NCBI GenBank assembly: GCA_017509715.1
Contig: JAFWOU010000029.1
Span: 127,838-191,837 of the forward strand
DNA: 64,000 nt
From: Paludibacteraceae bacterium
GTDB lineage: Bacteria; Bacteroidota; Bacteroidia; Bacteroidales; Paludibacteraceae
Direction: 5' to 3'
The first letter of the stretch is position 1. Every line of letters begins with the position of its first letter. Below are positions 7,924 through 16,359 of the stretch, piece after piece. Position numbers and translations under genes: made by a program. A model generated the notes under the pieces. It did no database searches. It had not been told where the DNA came from and was given only the letters and a program-made list of their open reading frames with translations.

Positions 7924-8151
7924 TCGAAGCGGATAGCCGAGCCAGGAGCTGAAGGAATCGACAACGGATTCCTCCAATGTCTTTGACTTGCAGAGTTTTT
8001 CGTCAAGGCCGAATTTCTCGCAATATGCCTTAAGCATACGGGAGAACTCCATCGGTGTCACCATCCTCGTCGGATCGTGCCAATATTCTTGCATCTGCTT
8101 CTCCAGCGTTTTGCGCAAAGCGGATTTTTTATACTTCTTAGGTTTGTTCAT
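7921..8151 (-). CDS. hypothetical protein
   Basis: 76-aa ORF that continues the minus-strand gene string. No motif was recognised. Confidence 0.4.
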   Translation of the reverse strand: MNKPKKYKKSALRKTLEKQMQEYWHDPTRMVTPMEFSRMLKAYCEKFGLDEKLCKSKTLEESVVDSFSSWLGYPLR

Positions 8152-8156
8152 AGACG

Positions 8157-8348
8157 TTAATGTTTTTTATACCGTTGTCCCCAGGTCTTCGCAAACTTCT
8201 CTCTTGCAGCCTTCCGTGCCGGAGTATCTTTCCATTTCGTCGGACACCGCTGTACAATCTGCTTGCCCTTGTACATCCGGAAGTAATAACCATCCTTCCG
8301 AAGCATCCCTTTGAGGCAATCAATAGGTAGAATAAGTTCCGCTTTCAT
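8157..8348 (-). CDS. small conserved hypothetical protein (paralogue family A)
   Basis: Start set at the ATG at 8348 (MKAELILPID...). GYYFRMYKGK...AAREKFAKTWG aligns with the other two family members. Confidence 0.45.
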   Translation of the reverse strand: MKAELILPIDCLKGMLRKDGYYFRMYKGKQIVQRCPTKWKDTPARKAAREKFAKTWGQRYKKH

Positions 8349-8527
8349 AATCTTATTTGTTTTCGTTTCTATATTTGGGGGCCCCAAACAATTTTAATTT
8401 TTGGGGAGAGCGGAGGCGCAAGTTGCCCCCACCAATTAGCGGAGTGGTTTGGTCCTTGCAATCTTGCTGCCGAACGCGATCGCATCTCGTTACCATTGCG
8501 TACGTCACAGGTACATCACGCATGCGC

Positions 8528-8920
8528 TTACGCAGACACTTCCGCGCCATACAAGAAACACTCCGGCAGCTCGTCATAACCTTCTACCTTGTCGTACTCA
8601 GCCTTCCACTCTGGTATATCCACATCATCGTGCATAATATCCGTCAGTATATCAGCGTCCTCAGCAATCATCTTGAAGCACGCTGCCATCTTCGGATTAG
8701 CCGTAACGGTGATAGCCAAGTTCTGCCCCACCATACGATGTTCGTTGCAGAACAACATGCTATTCTTCCCATCGCACAGGAACACTAACGCATGATGTCC
8801 GTCCCGCTGCGTCCACCGGTTGATTGGTGCAAACAAATCCAACATATGGTGTTCTTCATTACTCAATACTTGCTCCTTCTGAGCCTCATTCTCTTGATTA
8901 ATTTTGGTTTCCATTTTCAT
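8528..8920 (-). CDS. hypothetical protein
   Basis: 130-aa ORF. It overlaps the upstream gene by 23 nt, consistent with operon packing. Confidence 0.45.
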   Translation of the reverse strand: MKMETKINQENEAQKEQVLSNEEHHMLDLFAPINRWTQRDGHHALVFLCDGKNSMLFCNEHRMVGQNLAITVTANPKMAACFKMIAEDADILTDIMHDDVDIPEWKAEYDKVEGYDELPECFLYGAEVSA

Positions 8921-9359
8921 TTTCGTTTTGAGGTTGATATTTAAAATTCATTCCGTACTTAATGTCCATCCCATATTCTTTCGCTTCTTCGAACGTATAA
9001 ATACCTGGACGACCATTGTAGATTGCGCTGACCAACGGCACCGTCTTTATGAGCGTATCAATCCGAATGCAACCGTTGAGGTTCGTGGGCTCTTTCTTCG
9101 GCTTGGCTCGCGCCTTAGCTCGCTCTATCTCATCCTGCTGCGCAGCATCATCCAATGCAAATCGCGGATTCGGATTGACGAAGAGTCCTTTCTTCTTCCG
9201 TTCCTCGATGATGTGATAGACGCGATTTCGCTTGTCTTCATCCAGTCCGCACCAGTAGCGAAAACAAGACTCATACTTGCTTCGCGTATCGTAAGTAGGC
9301 AGCGGTTTGAGAAGCTTATGCCATACATCATCTCCGAAACTATGAAATTCCTTTTCCAT
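8898..9359 (-). CDS. hypothetical protein
   Basis: 153-aa ORF with coding-like composition. No motif was recognised. Confidence 0.45.
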   Translation of the reverse strand: MEKEFHSFGDDVWHKLLKPLPTYDTRSKYESCFRYWCGLDEDKRNRVYHIIEERKKKGLFVNPNPRFALDDAAQQDEIERAKARAKPKKEPTNLNGCIRIDTLIKTVPLVSAIYNGRPGIYTFEEAKEYGMDIKYGMNFKYQPQNENENGNQN

Positions 9360-9628
9360 AAGAAAAATTTATTTAAAGAAAAGCAGCATGCAGCCGTAAC
9401 ACCCGACTAAATTATAAACTTGAAACTTGAAATTCTAAATCGCCTATACATAGTATAAGCGCTACGGCTGCATGCTTTTTTTTCTTATTAATTTTCTTTT
9501 GCTCCTTTTCTTTTATTGGTTTCTTTTGAAAAATTGTTTTCGATTGTTTTCTTAATTGTTTTCTTGGGGACGATTGACACCTCCAGCTTTTTTGATAGTG
9601 TTATGCAATAACACGCTTTTTTGTCATT

Positions 9629-9746
9629 AGCTAGCAATGGCATCTATGATGCGAGGATTTATTGTGAAGAGACTATCTAAAAGCTTGTTTTTAAGTAGGC
9701 TGTTCAAAATATAGACTCGATGTACTGCAAGTACGATTGCTACCTA
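9629..9746 (-). ncRNA. ~120-nt conserved hairpin element, copy 2
   Basis: The internal hairpin gcatc-tat-gatgc carries compensatory changes relative to acatc/gatgt in the other copies. It shares the core gaggatttattgtgaagagactatct...aagtaggctg. Confidence 0.35.
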
Positions 9747-9817
9747 ATGTGTTTTTCTTGTTTTTTTTTGATTACTCTTATAAAACACCCGTTCAATCGT
9801 CCCGTTTTCCTTTACAA

Positions 9818-10348
9818 TCAAATAACAGCAATATAATGCTCCGTCTTCACCTCGAACTTCGGATGCTTGGCGACATAGCGTTCAGCATCGGTGTTCATGT
9901 TATTCTTGCACTTCTGCTGCTTGGCTTTGAGATCTTTAATCTCCTTCTCAAGGCGTTTGAACTCCTTGTTCTCCGCACGCCAACTAACCGCATGCTCACC
10001 GGTGTACTTGTCGGAATCGGACAGGTCAATCGCCTCCTTGTTCTCTTTGTACTGGTAGCGGCAGTTCTTGTACTCAAACTCCTTCTTACCGTCTGCAAGC
10101 ACTTCTTGTACTTCCGGCATCGTTTCTGCAAAGTCAGCAGCAGCCTTGTCAATAGTTATTCCATACTCCGGATCATCCATCTTTACGGCATTACCGGCAG
10201 CCTTCTCGAGTTCTCGATAGAAACGAAGTTTCTCAATCGGGTCGAGGTTGCAAGCCGTAGCGGCTTTGTAGATGAGGTTCGTCAACTGTTCTCTTGTTAC
10301 TTGTCCTCTTGCTATCAGCTCCGGACATAATACTAATACATTTTCCAT
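9818..10348 (-). CDS. hypothetical protein (charged, coiled-coil-like C-terminal half)
   Basis: 176-aa ORF. The plus-strand ORF 9737..10330 is its shadow. Confidence 0.5.
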   Translation of the reverse strand: MENVLVLCPELIARGQVTREQLTNLIYKAATACNLDPIEKLRFYRELEKAAGNAVKMDDPEYGITIDKAAADFAETMPEVQEVLADGKKEFEYKNCRYQYKENKEAIDLSDSDKYTGEHAVSWRAENKEFKRLEKEIKDLKAKQQKCKNNMNTDAERYVAKHPKFEVKTEHYIAVI

Positions 10349-10557
10349 AATTGTTTTGTTTATTGTCCCAAATACTATTTGGGTTTACGTTTGTTAATTG
10401 CGTCAGATTATATCTGACATTAGTTCGTTTCCTGCTCGGAGTGTCAGCTCCGAGATTTTTGATTGTTTTTTTCATCAATAGCAGTTGCAACCATTTTTGT
10501 AATTTTTTGGCATTTTTTGTAAGGCAGCAACTCCTCCAGTGTTTTTGACTGTTTTTT

Positions 10558-10679
10558 CCATAATAGCAGTTACATCCTGGATGTGAGGAATTATTGTGAA
10601 GAGGCTATCTGAGAGTTTACTATCAAGTAGGCTATTCAGAATAAAGGCTCATGGCGTGCAAGCGCTACTGCTATGATGG
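10558..10679 (-). ncRNA. ~120-nt conserved hairpin element, copy 3
   Basis: The terminal stem is ccataatagcag / ctgctatgatgg and the hairpin is acatc-ctg-gatgt. It shares the core gaggaattattgtgaagaggctatctgagag...aagtaggct. Confidence 0.35.
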
Positions 10680-10802
10680 TGTTGTTTATGTTTTTGTTTT
10701 CGATTAAATTATAAACAGCCGTTGCTGCCGATTTTTCTCTAACTTTTTTTGGTTACCTTGAAAACTATAATTATTATAATCGAGTTATAATTGCTATAAT
10801 TT

Positions 10803-11450
10803 TCAACATTCCATGTGATGCGTCATCTCCCATTCCATGATGTCTTTTGGCTCGCCCACTGTCAATGTCGCATAGATCTTCTCTAAGCGTTTAGGCTCGA
10901 TGTTACGAGGATCAAGAGAAGGGTCATGAAGTGTCTGAGCGGCATGGCGGAGGCGGCGAAGGATTTGTGCGCAACGGCGGTTCTCTTCCCGCGAGACAAT
11001 GCGCAGGTTGATGGTGCGGCAATCGTCGATATTGCCGTTGATATGGTCTATCTCCTCACCCTCTTTTCGCACACCAATCCAAGCCAGTACGACAAGCAGG
11101 TGTACATCATACTTCTTGCCGCCGAATATCACGTACGGATAACGAGGTCCGTTAGGAACACCGTTGGGCGATTTTTGGCCGTAATTCTTCTTGCGGTTGT
11201 ACTGGATGCTGATTTGTCGTAGCCCGTACTTGGTGAGCGAATAGACTCGTCCACCTTTGGACAGATAGAGGTGTACGCCGGGAATGGCTTGCTTAAGGAG
11301 CGAGCCGTTACGGAGGCGGAGGATACGTGGTTCTTCAGAGACCACAGTGAAGGGCACGGGTGGTAGCGGCCGCCGTGGTGTTTTGGGTTTTCTGCGTTGG
11401 TTGCGCAGATGACGCTCTGCGATACAGAGCGATTTGCATTTAGCTTTCAT
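10803..11450 (-). CDS. HNH endonuclease (homing-endonuclease-like HNH_3 type)
   Basis: HLLVVLAWIGVRKEGEEIDHINGNIDDCRTINLRIVSREENRRC is a typical H-N-N/H motif context. Confidence 0.65.
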   Translation of the reverse strand: MKAKCKSLCIAERHLRNQRRKPKTPRRPLPPVPFTVVSEEPRILRLRNGSLLKQAIPGVHLYLSKGGRVYSLTKYGLRQISIQYNRKKNYGQKSPNGVPNGPRYPYVIFGGKKYDVHLLVVLAWIGVRKEGEEIDHINGNIDDCRTINLRIVSREENRRCAQILRRLRHAAQTLHDPSLDPRNIEPKRLEKIYATLTVGEPKDIMEWEMTHHMEC

Positions 11451-11588
11451 TTGCGAAAGATTTGTGCGATGTCTCGTATGCGAGTGGCCACTCTATGCAC
11501 GTGCGAGTCACACTCAACTTTCGCTGTTTAACTATGATTTCAGATGCATAGCGTATCTATGCAACGCCCCTCAAATCGAAAGGCGCTG

Positions 11589-11620
11589 CAAAGATACTAC
11601 ATTTTAAATTAAATGCTCGG
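11589..11620 (-). promoter_or_regulatory. possible promoter (minus strand), -7 box TAtcTTTG only
   Basis: Plus-strand caaagata lies at 11589-11596. There is no good TTTG at the -33 position. Confidence 0.3.
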
Positions 11621-11634
11621 ACATTTTGACAAAA

Positions 11635-11880
11635 TCAATTTTTTGGTGTTTTTTTTGTGTACCGATAGACTGTTTTTCGGCCAATTCCAAAGAATTCAGC
11701 AGTCAGTTTAGTCTGTTCCGGTTGTTTGCTGAGCCGGTCATAAACGATTTTGACGAAATCATGTTTGATGTCGTCGAAAAAGAAATGATAATCCGCAATG
11801 GATTCAGGTTTGTCTCCGATGGTAGCATCCAGCATGTGCTCGAACCAAAGGAGCGCTTCTTCATGAAAATCTGGTTTCAT
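11635..11880 (-). CDS. small protein with C-terminal helix-turn-helix
   Basis: 81 aa. TAEFFGIGRKTVYRYTKK resembles an HTH recognition segment. Confidence 0.45.
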   Translation of the reverse strand: MKPDFHEEALLWFEHMLDATIGDKPESIADYHFFFDDIKHDFVKIVYDRLSKQPEQTKLTAEFFGIGRKTVYRYTKKTPKN

Positions 11881-12033
11881 AAAACTTTAAAATTAAGTTA
11901 GTAAATATTTTGGTTTTCCTCTTCCAAATAATCGGTACGTAAACCAATATCATGTTTACGGACCGAAGAGGAGAAAACGCAACCATTACATTTTTTACGA
12001 AGTAAATTAATCATGGATTGCCGTTTTCGACGA

Positions 12034-12065
12034 CAAAGGTACTGCTTTAGCGCGGCATGAACGAG
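12034..12065 (-). promoter_or_regulatory. promoter (minus strand), -7 box TAccTTTG, within a conserved leader module
   Basis: Plus-strand caaaggta lies at 12034-12041. The flanking ttcgacgacaaagRtac block is shared with 3371-3388. The -33 element is weak. Confidence 0.4.
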
Positions 12066-12173
12066 GAAAGAGGGTGAGAAATGGAAATTGATGCGATTTT
12101 TTATGAGATAAGACGCAAATATATTGTCTTTTGCGTACAAAAATGATTATTTTAATAAATTCATTATTAAAAT

Positions 12174-12205
12174 CTTGCATATGTGGGAATTTTTTTGTAC
12201 CTTTG
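12174..12205 (+). promoter_or_regulatory. Bacteroides-type promoter: CTTG-N20-TAccTTTG
   Basis: cttg lies at 12174-12177 and TACCTTTG at 12198-12205. The ATG at 12230 is 24 nt downstream. Confidence 0.6.
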
Positions 12206-12229
12206 CGCACGAATAATAATGAAGTTAAA

Positions 12230-13096
12230 ATGGAACAAAAGTTTGAAAAGGTTTATTCGCTAACGTTTGATACGCAAGAAAAAGCAGCAGAGGTGTTAGA
12301 TTCTATGCAATATACGTATAAATCTGCGTTGTATAATTACCATATGGGAGGGCAGTTTACCCCAAATCAGTTTATAGTAACGTTCCCCGAAGGAGCGAAG
12401 TCATTATTATCAGAAGAACTACAAAATCAAGCAACCGAATGTGTGTTCCCGTTTCAAGGAGGATATTTTATACCGACAGTCTATCGATTTATTGAAGAAC
12501 AATATGTCGATGCTTATTTAGAAACAGGGACATTACAGTTAACCACATTTAAGAGATGCGGCAAGTTAGAAGATCCATTGCGAAAAGATGGAATGGAAGG
12601 AGAATGTACAATTGTAGGTGTTAGTGAGGGTATGACGATGGAAACCCATATGCGAATGGGAGATGAAGCATTGATGCTATGTACAAGTCTTGCGGCGCAA
12701 TATGTTGATAAGAATGGCGAAAAATGTAATTGCGCATTGGAGATATTTGATGTTGGAGGATTTGTCAATGCCTGTAGCAAAGCAATCATAGCGAAAGGAT
12801 ATCATATAAAAAATGTGCAGATTGGGCCATGCTTCTATTCTAAGAAGACAATTTATGGAGAGTTGATGGAAGAAGAAGTAAAGAAAATGGGAAAGAACGA
12901 AAACTTGACGTTGGAGGATATATTTGCGATTCCACAACGAGTTGCAGGTCCTAAGGCTTTTTTTCAGAAGCCTATAGAGAAAGCCTCTGAAATGGAATAC
13001 AGGATGGTTTGGTTGGTTTATCCTAATCCACAAGAAGATACATTGCTAATACAAGTAGAAAATCCTAAAAAATACGCAAGAAAGATATCATTATAG
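12230..13096 (+). CDS. hypothetical protein, possibly DUF2971-like
   Basis: The start was moved to the ATG after the promoter. LQLTTFKRCGKLEDPLRKDGMEGE, LMLCTS and EMEYRMVW loosely parallel the motifs of the 6126..7004 protein. Confidence 0.5.
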   Translation: MEQKFEKVYSLTFDTQEKAAEVLDSMQYTYKSALYNYHMGGQFTPNQFIVTFPEGAKSLLSEELQNQATECVFPFQGGYFIPTVYRFIEEQYVDAYLETGTLQLTTFKRCGKLEDPLRKDGMEGECTIVGVSEGMTMETHMRMGDEALMLCTSLAAQYVDKNGEKCNCALEIFDVGGFVNACSKAIIAKGYHIKNVQIGPCFYSKKTIYGELMEEEVKKMGKNENLTLEDIFAIPQRVAGPKAFFQKPIEKASEMEYRMVWLVYPNPQEDTLLIQVENPKKYARKISL

Positions 13097-13134
13097 CGCA
13101 AAATGATTACAAAAATAAAATATTTTGCAAAAAG

Positions 13135-13168
13135 TGGCATATACATTTGTATATGTCATTTTTTTTTT
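13135..13168 (+). terminator. rho-independent terminator-like hairpin plus T10
   Basis: The hairpin is tggcatatac-attt-gtatatgtca, followed by ten T. It lies 39 nt after the 13096 stop and overlaps the next promoter. Confidence 0.5.
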
Positions 13169-13177
13169 GTAACTTTG
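13146..13177 (+). promoter_or_regulatory. Bacteroides-type promoter of the polysaccharide locus: TTTG-N20-TAacTTTG
   Basis: TTTG at 13146-13149 sits in the hairpin loop. TAACTTTG lies at 13170-13177. Confidence 0.6.
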
Positions 13178-13231
13178 CGGCCGATTTATTGTGTGTGTAC
13201 GGAAATGCGCGTGTACGCATGGACGATTTAG

Positions 13232-14125
13232 ATGCAGAATAGGTATAAAGTGATGGACATACCAAGAATCATAGAATTACCGAAATTCCTTGATGAACGA
13301 GGGAACTTATCATTTTTAGAGAACGACAAGCAGTTGCCGTTTGTGATTAAGCGTGTGCACTGGATATACGATGTGCCCGGAGGAGAAGAGCGAGGCGGAG
13401 TGGCATATAAAACTACCGAAGAGTTTATCGTAGCTATGTCTGGTAGTTTTGATGTGGTCGTGAGCGATGGTGAACGAGAGTGGAAGTTTACGTTGAATCG
13501 TTCTTACAAAGGCGTGTATATACCAGCAGGTTTATGGAGATCGATTGAGAATTATTCTTCGAACTCCGTAGCCGTAATCGCTGCATCCACTTTCTACGAT
13601 CCTTCTGATGCAGTCCGCGATATCAATGAGTTGATAACGAATGATGCATCAGCGATGCCGAATGAGCCACTGCGTTCAATGAGTCGCGATAAATCGCTTA
13701 ATGAGGAAAAAAAATATAACGTTGAGGATTGTGGGATTATAGAGTTGGATAGACATCATTCGCAGCGGAAAGGGGATATAAGTGTGGTAGAGAATGGGAA
13801 GGAAGTGCCGTTTGATGTGAAGCGGATTTACTATCTATATGATGTGCCAGGAGGTGCAGATAGAGGAGGACATGCACATAAGGCGTTGTATCAGTTGATA
13901 GTAGCAGCGAGTGGGGCGTTCACAGTGGTGCTGGATGATGGGACAAATAAGAAGGCGTATACGCTGAATCGGCCGTATCAGGGATTGTTAGTGAAGCCAG
14001 GGATATGGAGAACGCTGACGGACTTTTCGGGAGGCTCGATATGTATGGTGCTAGCAAGCGAGTTGTATAGTCCGGATGATTATATCCGAGAGTATGAGAA
14101 GTTTATGAAGTACCGTGTTGAATAA
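13232..14125 (+). CDS. tandem-duplicated WxcM/FdtA-like sugar 3,4-ketoisomerase (two cupin domains)
   Basis: There are two internal repeats (ELPKFLDERGNLSFLE...YDVPGGEERGGVAYK and IELDRHHSQRKGDISVVE...YDVPGGADRGGHAHK). An alternative start is the ATG at 13253. Confidence 0.7.
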   Translation: MQNRYKVMDIPRIIELPKFLDERGNLSFLENDKQLPFVIKRVHWIYDVPGGEERGGVAYKTTEEFIVAMSGSFDVVVSDGEREWKFTLNRSYKGVYIPAGLWRSIENYSSNSVAVIAASTFYDPSDAVRDINELITNDASAMPNEPLRSMSRDKSLNEEKKYNVEDCGIIELDRHHSQRKGDISVVENGKEVPFDVKRIYYLYDVPGGADRGGHAHKALYQLIVAASGAFTVVLDDGTNKKAYTLNRPYQGLLVKPGIWRTLTDFSGGSICMVLASELYSPDDYIREYEKFMKYRVE

Positions 14126-15226
14126 ATGGCAGATCAACGATATAAATATATTGATTTAGGAGCGGGGCTGATGATTCTGTGGATGATTATGGGGCATGCG
14201 GTGAATCAAGCTTCGATGGCTGAAATTATTCAATATGGCCTATGGGGAACGACAGGGGTGAGTGCTTTGCCGGAAGGACTGCATGCGCGGTTGGTTAGTG
14301 ACGGATCGGTGGATATCATTGGGTTAGGGTATTATATACCAAACCTCTTGTTCTTCTTTATGCAGTGGTTTTTCTATAAATCTGGACAGTTCTTTACGAA
14401 GCGAAGCATAAGAGAGGAGTGGAAGAAGGACTGGTGTAAGTTGATAGTTCAGTTCGTAATATGGTCAGTAGTCGGTTATGTGTTATATGTAGTACTGCTG
14501 GGTTTCCAAGGAGGTTTGACATTACGAAATGCAACGTATAGTATCGTGAGAGGATTTTTCTTGAATGGTTATATACCATTGAATTATCCCTTATGGTTTT
14601 TGTTTTCACTTTTTGTGGTGAAGCAAGTAGCGAATGTGGTGTTGCCGCAGAAAGATGATAGATATTTCCATTTAAAATGTGCTCTTGTAGTACTTTGTAG
14701 TTTCGCAATTGGATTTGGCGCATATTTATGGAAACATCCCTTCTTTCCTAAATGGGTAGCAAATGGCTCTGTGGGGTTGGCTTTCTTTTCGATGGGATAT
14801 TGGTTGAGTAAGTATGAGACCAAATGGTGGTTGATAGTGTTGTGTATATTCGTTTATATACCGTATTTAATATGGGGATTACCTACGTATGGAAGTGTCG
14901 GCGCTATAAATAATACATGCGATAGTATAGTAGGATATTTAGCATCCTTACCTGTGTTTTTTGCGGGAATAGTGGTGTTCAACGGCACTTGCCGATTGAT
15001 AACAAAGTATCTGCCACATATATCTGTTCCGTTTGAGATGATAGGAAAGTATGCGATGATTATCTATGTAAGTCATGGCTTGTTCTCAGAAGGTATCCCT
15101 ACTATATTGGCTACTTTTGATTTAACATCGTTTATGTCATTCCGTACTTGTTTTTGGATTATTGTCATAGCGTATGTGGTCTGTTTGCCGATATTCTGTT
15201 TTATGAGTAAAAAAATAAAATATTAA
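14126..15226 (+). CDS. acyltransferase family 3 membrane protein (O-acyltransferase)
   Basis: 366 aa and highly hydrophobic with about 10 predicted TM segments. It sits between sugar-modifying enzymes. Confidence 0.6.
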   Translation: MADQRYKYIDLGAGLMILWMIMGHAVNQASMAEIIQYGLWGTTGVSALPEGLHARLVSDGSVDIIGLGYYIPNLLFFFMQWFFYKSGQFFTKRSIREEWKKDWCKLIVQFVIWSVVGYVLYVVLLGFQGGLTLRNATYSIVRGFFLNGYIPLNYPLWFLFSLFVVKQVANVVLPQKDDRYFHLKCALVVLCSFAIGFGAYLWKHPFFPKWVANGSVGLAFFSMGYWLSKYETKWWLIVLCIFVYIPYLIWGLPTYGSVGAINNTCDSIVGYLASLPVFFAGIVVFNGTCRLITKYLPHISVPFEMIGKYAMIIYVSHGLFSEGIPTILATFDLTSFMSFRTCFWIIVIAYVVCLPIFCFMSKKIKY

Positions 15227-15230
15227 ATAT

Positions 15231-16331
15231 ATGAATAAACTAATTGCAGTAACGCGTTCCTCGATGCCGAGCTTTGAGGAATATTGTGAAGAAATCAAAG
15301 TGTTGTGGGAAAACCGTTGGTTGAGTAACCGCGGATGTAAACACAAAGAGTTCGAAGCTCAACTGGCCGAGTTTTTCGGAGAGCCGAATGTGTTCCTCTA
15401 TGCCAATGGTCATGTGGCATTGGAAGTAGGTATTGATGCATTCCATTTTCCGAAAGGTAGTGAAGTGATTACTACTCCATACACTCACTGTTCGACAACT
15501 CACTCGATTGCACGTAATGGATTAGTGCCTGTGTTTGTGGACGTGAACGACAAGGATTACACGATTGATGTAATGAAGATCGAGGATGCTATCACGGATA
15601 AGACGGTAGCTATCATGGCTACGCATGTGTATGGGGTGATGTGCGATGTAGAGGCAATTGACAAGATTGCAAAGAAGTATGGTTTGAAAGTGATCTACGA
15701 TGCTGCACACGCATTTGGTGTAAAAAAAGAAGGTAAAGATGTGAGTCATTGGGGAGATATGGCGATGTTCTCGACGCATGCCACGAAAGTGTTCCATACT
15801 ATCGAAGGCGGAATCACGGTATTCAAAGACGAAAAATACCAAAAGCGCCTTAATACGCTTGTCAATTTTGGTTTTGATGGTCCGGAAGATGTAGTTCATA
15901 TCTCGACCAATGCTCGTATGAATGAGTTTGAAGCTGCTATGGGTATTTGCAACTTGCGCCATTTCTGGGATGAGGTAGCAAAGCGCGAGAAAGTTGCTGC
16001 ACGCTATCATCAACATCTGGATGGAGTAGAGGGTATTCATTTCATTGCTCCGCAGCCAGGAGTTACGCAGAACTATGCTTATTTCCCAGTATTCTTCGAT
16101 GGATACAAATATACACGCAATGAGATTCAAGCACGTTTGGCTGAAGATAATATCTTAGCGCGTAAATATTTCTATCCGATTATACCGGATTTGTCATGCT
16201 ATCAGATGAATTATGCCGGCCAAACCTTCCCTGTCAGCAAGCATGCAGCAGATACAGTTCTTGCATTACCGATGTTCGCTGACTTGACGGAGCAGGATGT
16301 TGAACGTATTTGCAGAATCATATTAGACTAA
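15231..16331 (+). CDS. DegT/DnrJ/EryC1/StrS family sugar aminotransferase (FdtB-like)
   Basis: Its size and layout fit this family (...DAAHAFG...FSTHATKVF... with Lys in the HATK context). It is adjacent to the FdtA-like gene. Confidence 0.75.
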   Translation: MNKLIAVTRSSMPSFEEYCEEIKVLWENRWLSNRGCKHKEFEAQLAEFFGEPNVFLYANGHVALEVGIDAFHFPKGSEVITTPYTHCSTTHSIARNGLVPVFVDVNDKDYTIDVMKIEDAITDKTVAIMATHVYGVMCDVEAIDKIAKKYGLKVIYDAAHAFGVKKEGKDVSHWGDMAMFSTHATKVFHTIEGGITVFKDEKYQKRLNTLVNFGFDGPEDVVHISTNARMNEFEAAMGICNLRHFWDEVAKREKVAARYHQHLDGVEGIHFIAPQPGVTQNYAYFPVFFDGYKYTRNEIQARLAEDNILARKYFYPIIPDLSCYQMNYAGQTFPVSKHAADTVLALPMFADLTEQDVERICRIILD

Positions 16332-16359
16332 AAAAGATTCGATTCCGAATTCACATGGT

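Noticed and set aside
9737-10330. 197-aa plus-strand ORF with hydrophobic stretches.
   Set aside because: It is antisense to the better-supported 9818..10348 ORF, which continues the minus-strand operon. It also starts inside the conserved hairpin element and has Leu/Phe-rich shadow-frame composition.
10350-10560. Mini-ORFs directly after the hairpin elements (MEKTVKNTGGVAALQKMPKNYKNGCNCY and MKKTIKNLGADT...; ORF 10233..10490) as possible small secreted peptides with a GG-type leader.
   Set aside because: The equivalent positions after copies 1 and 2 encode only 6-8 codons (MQKYQK*, MTKKRVIA*), so no peptide is conserved. ORF 10233..10490 overlaps the start of 9818..10348 out of frame.
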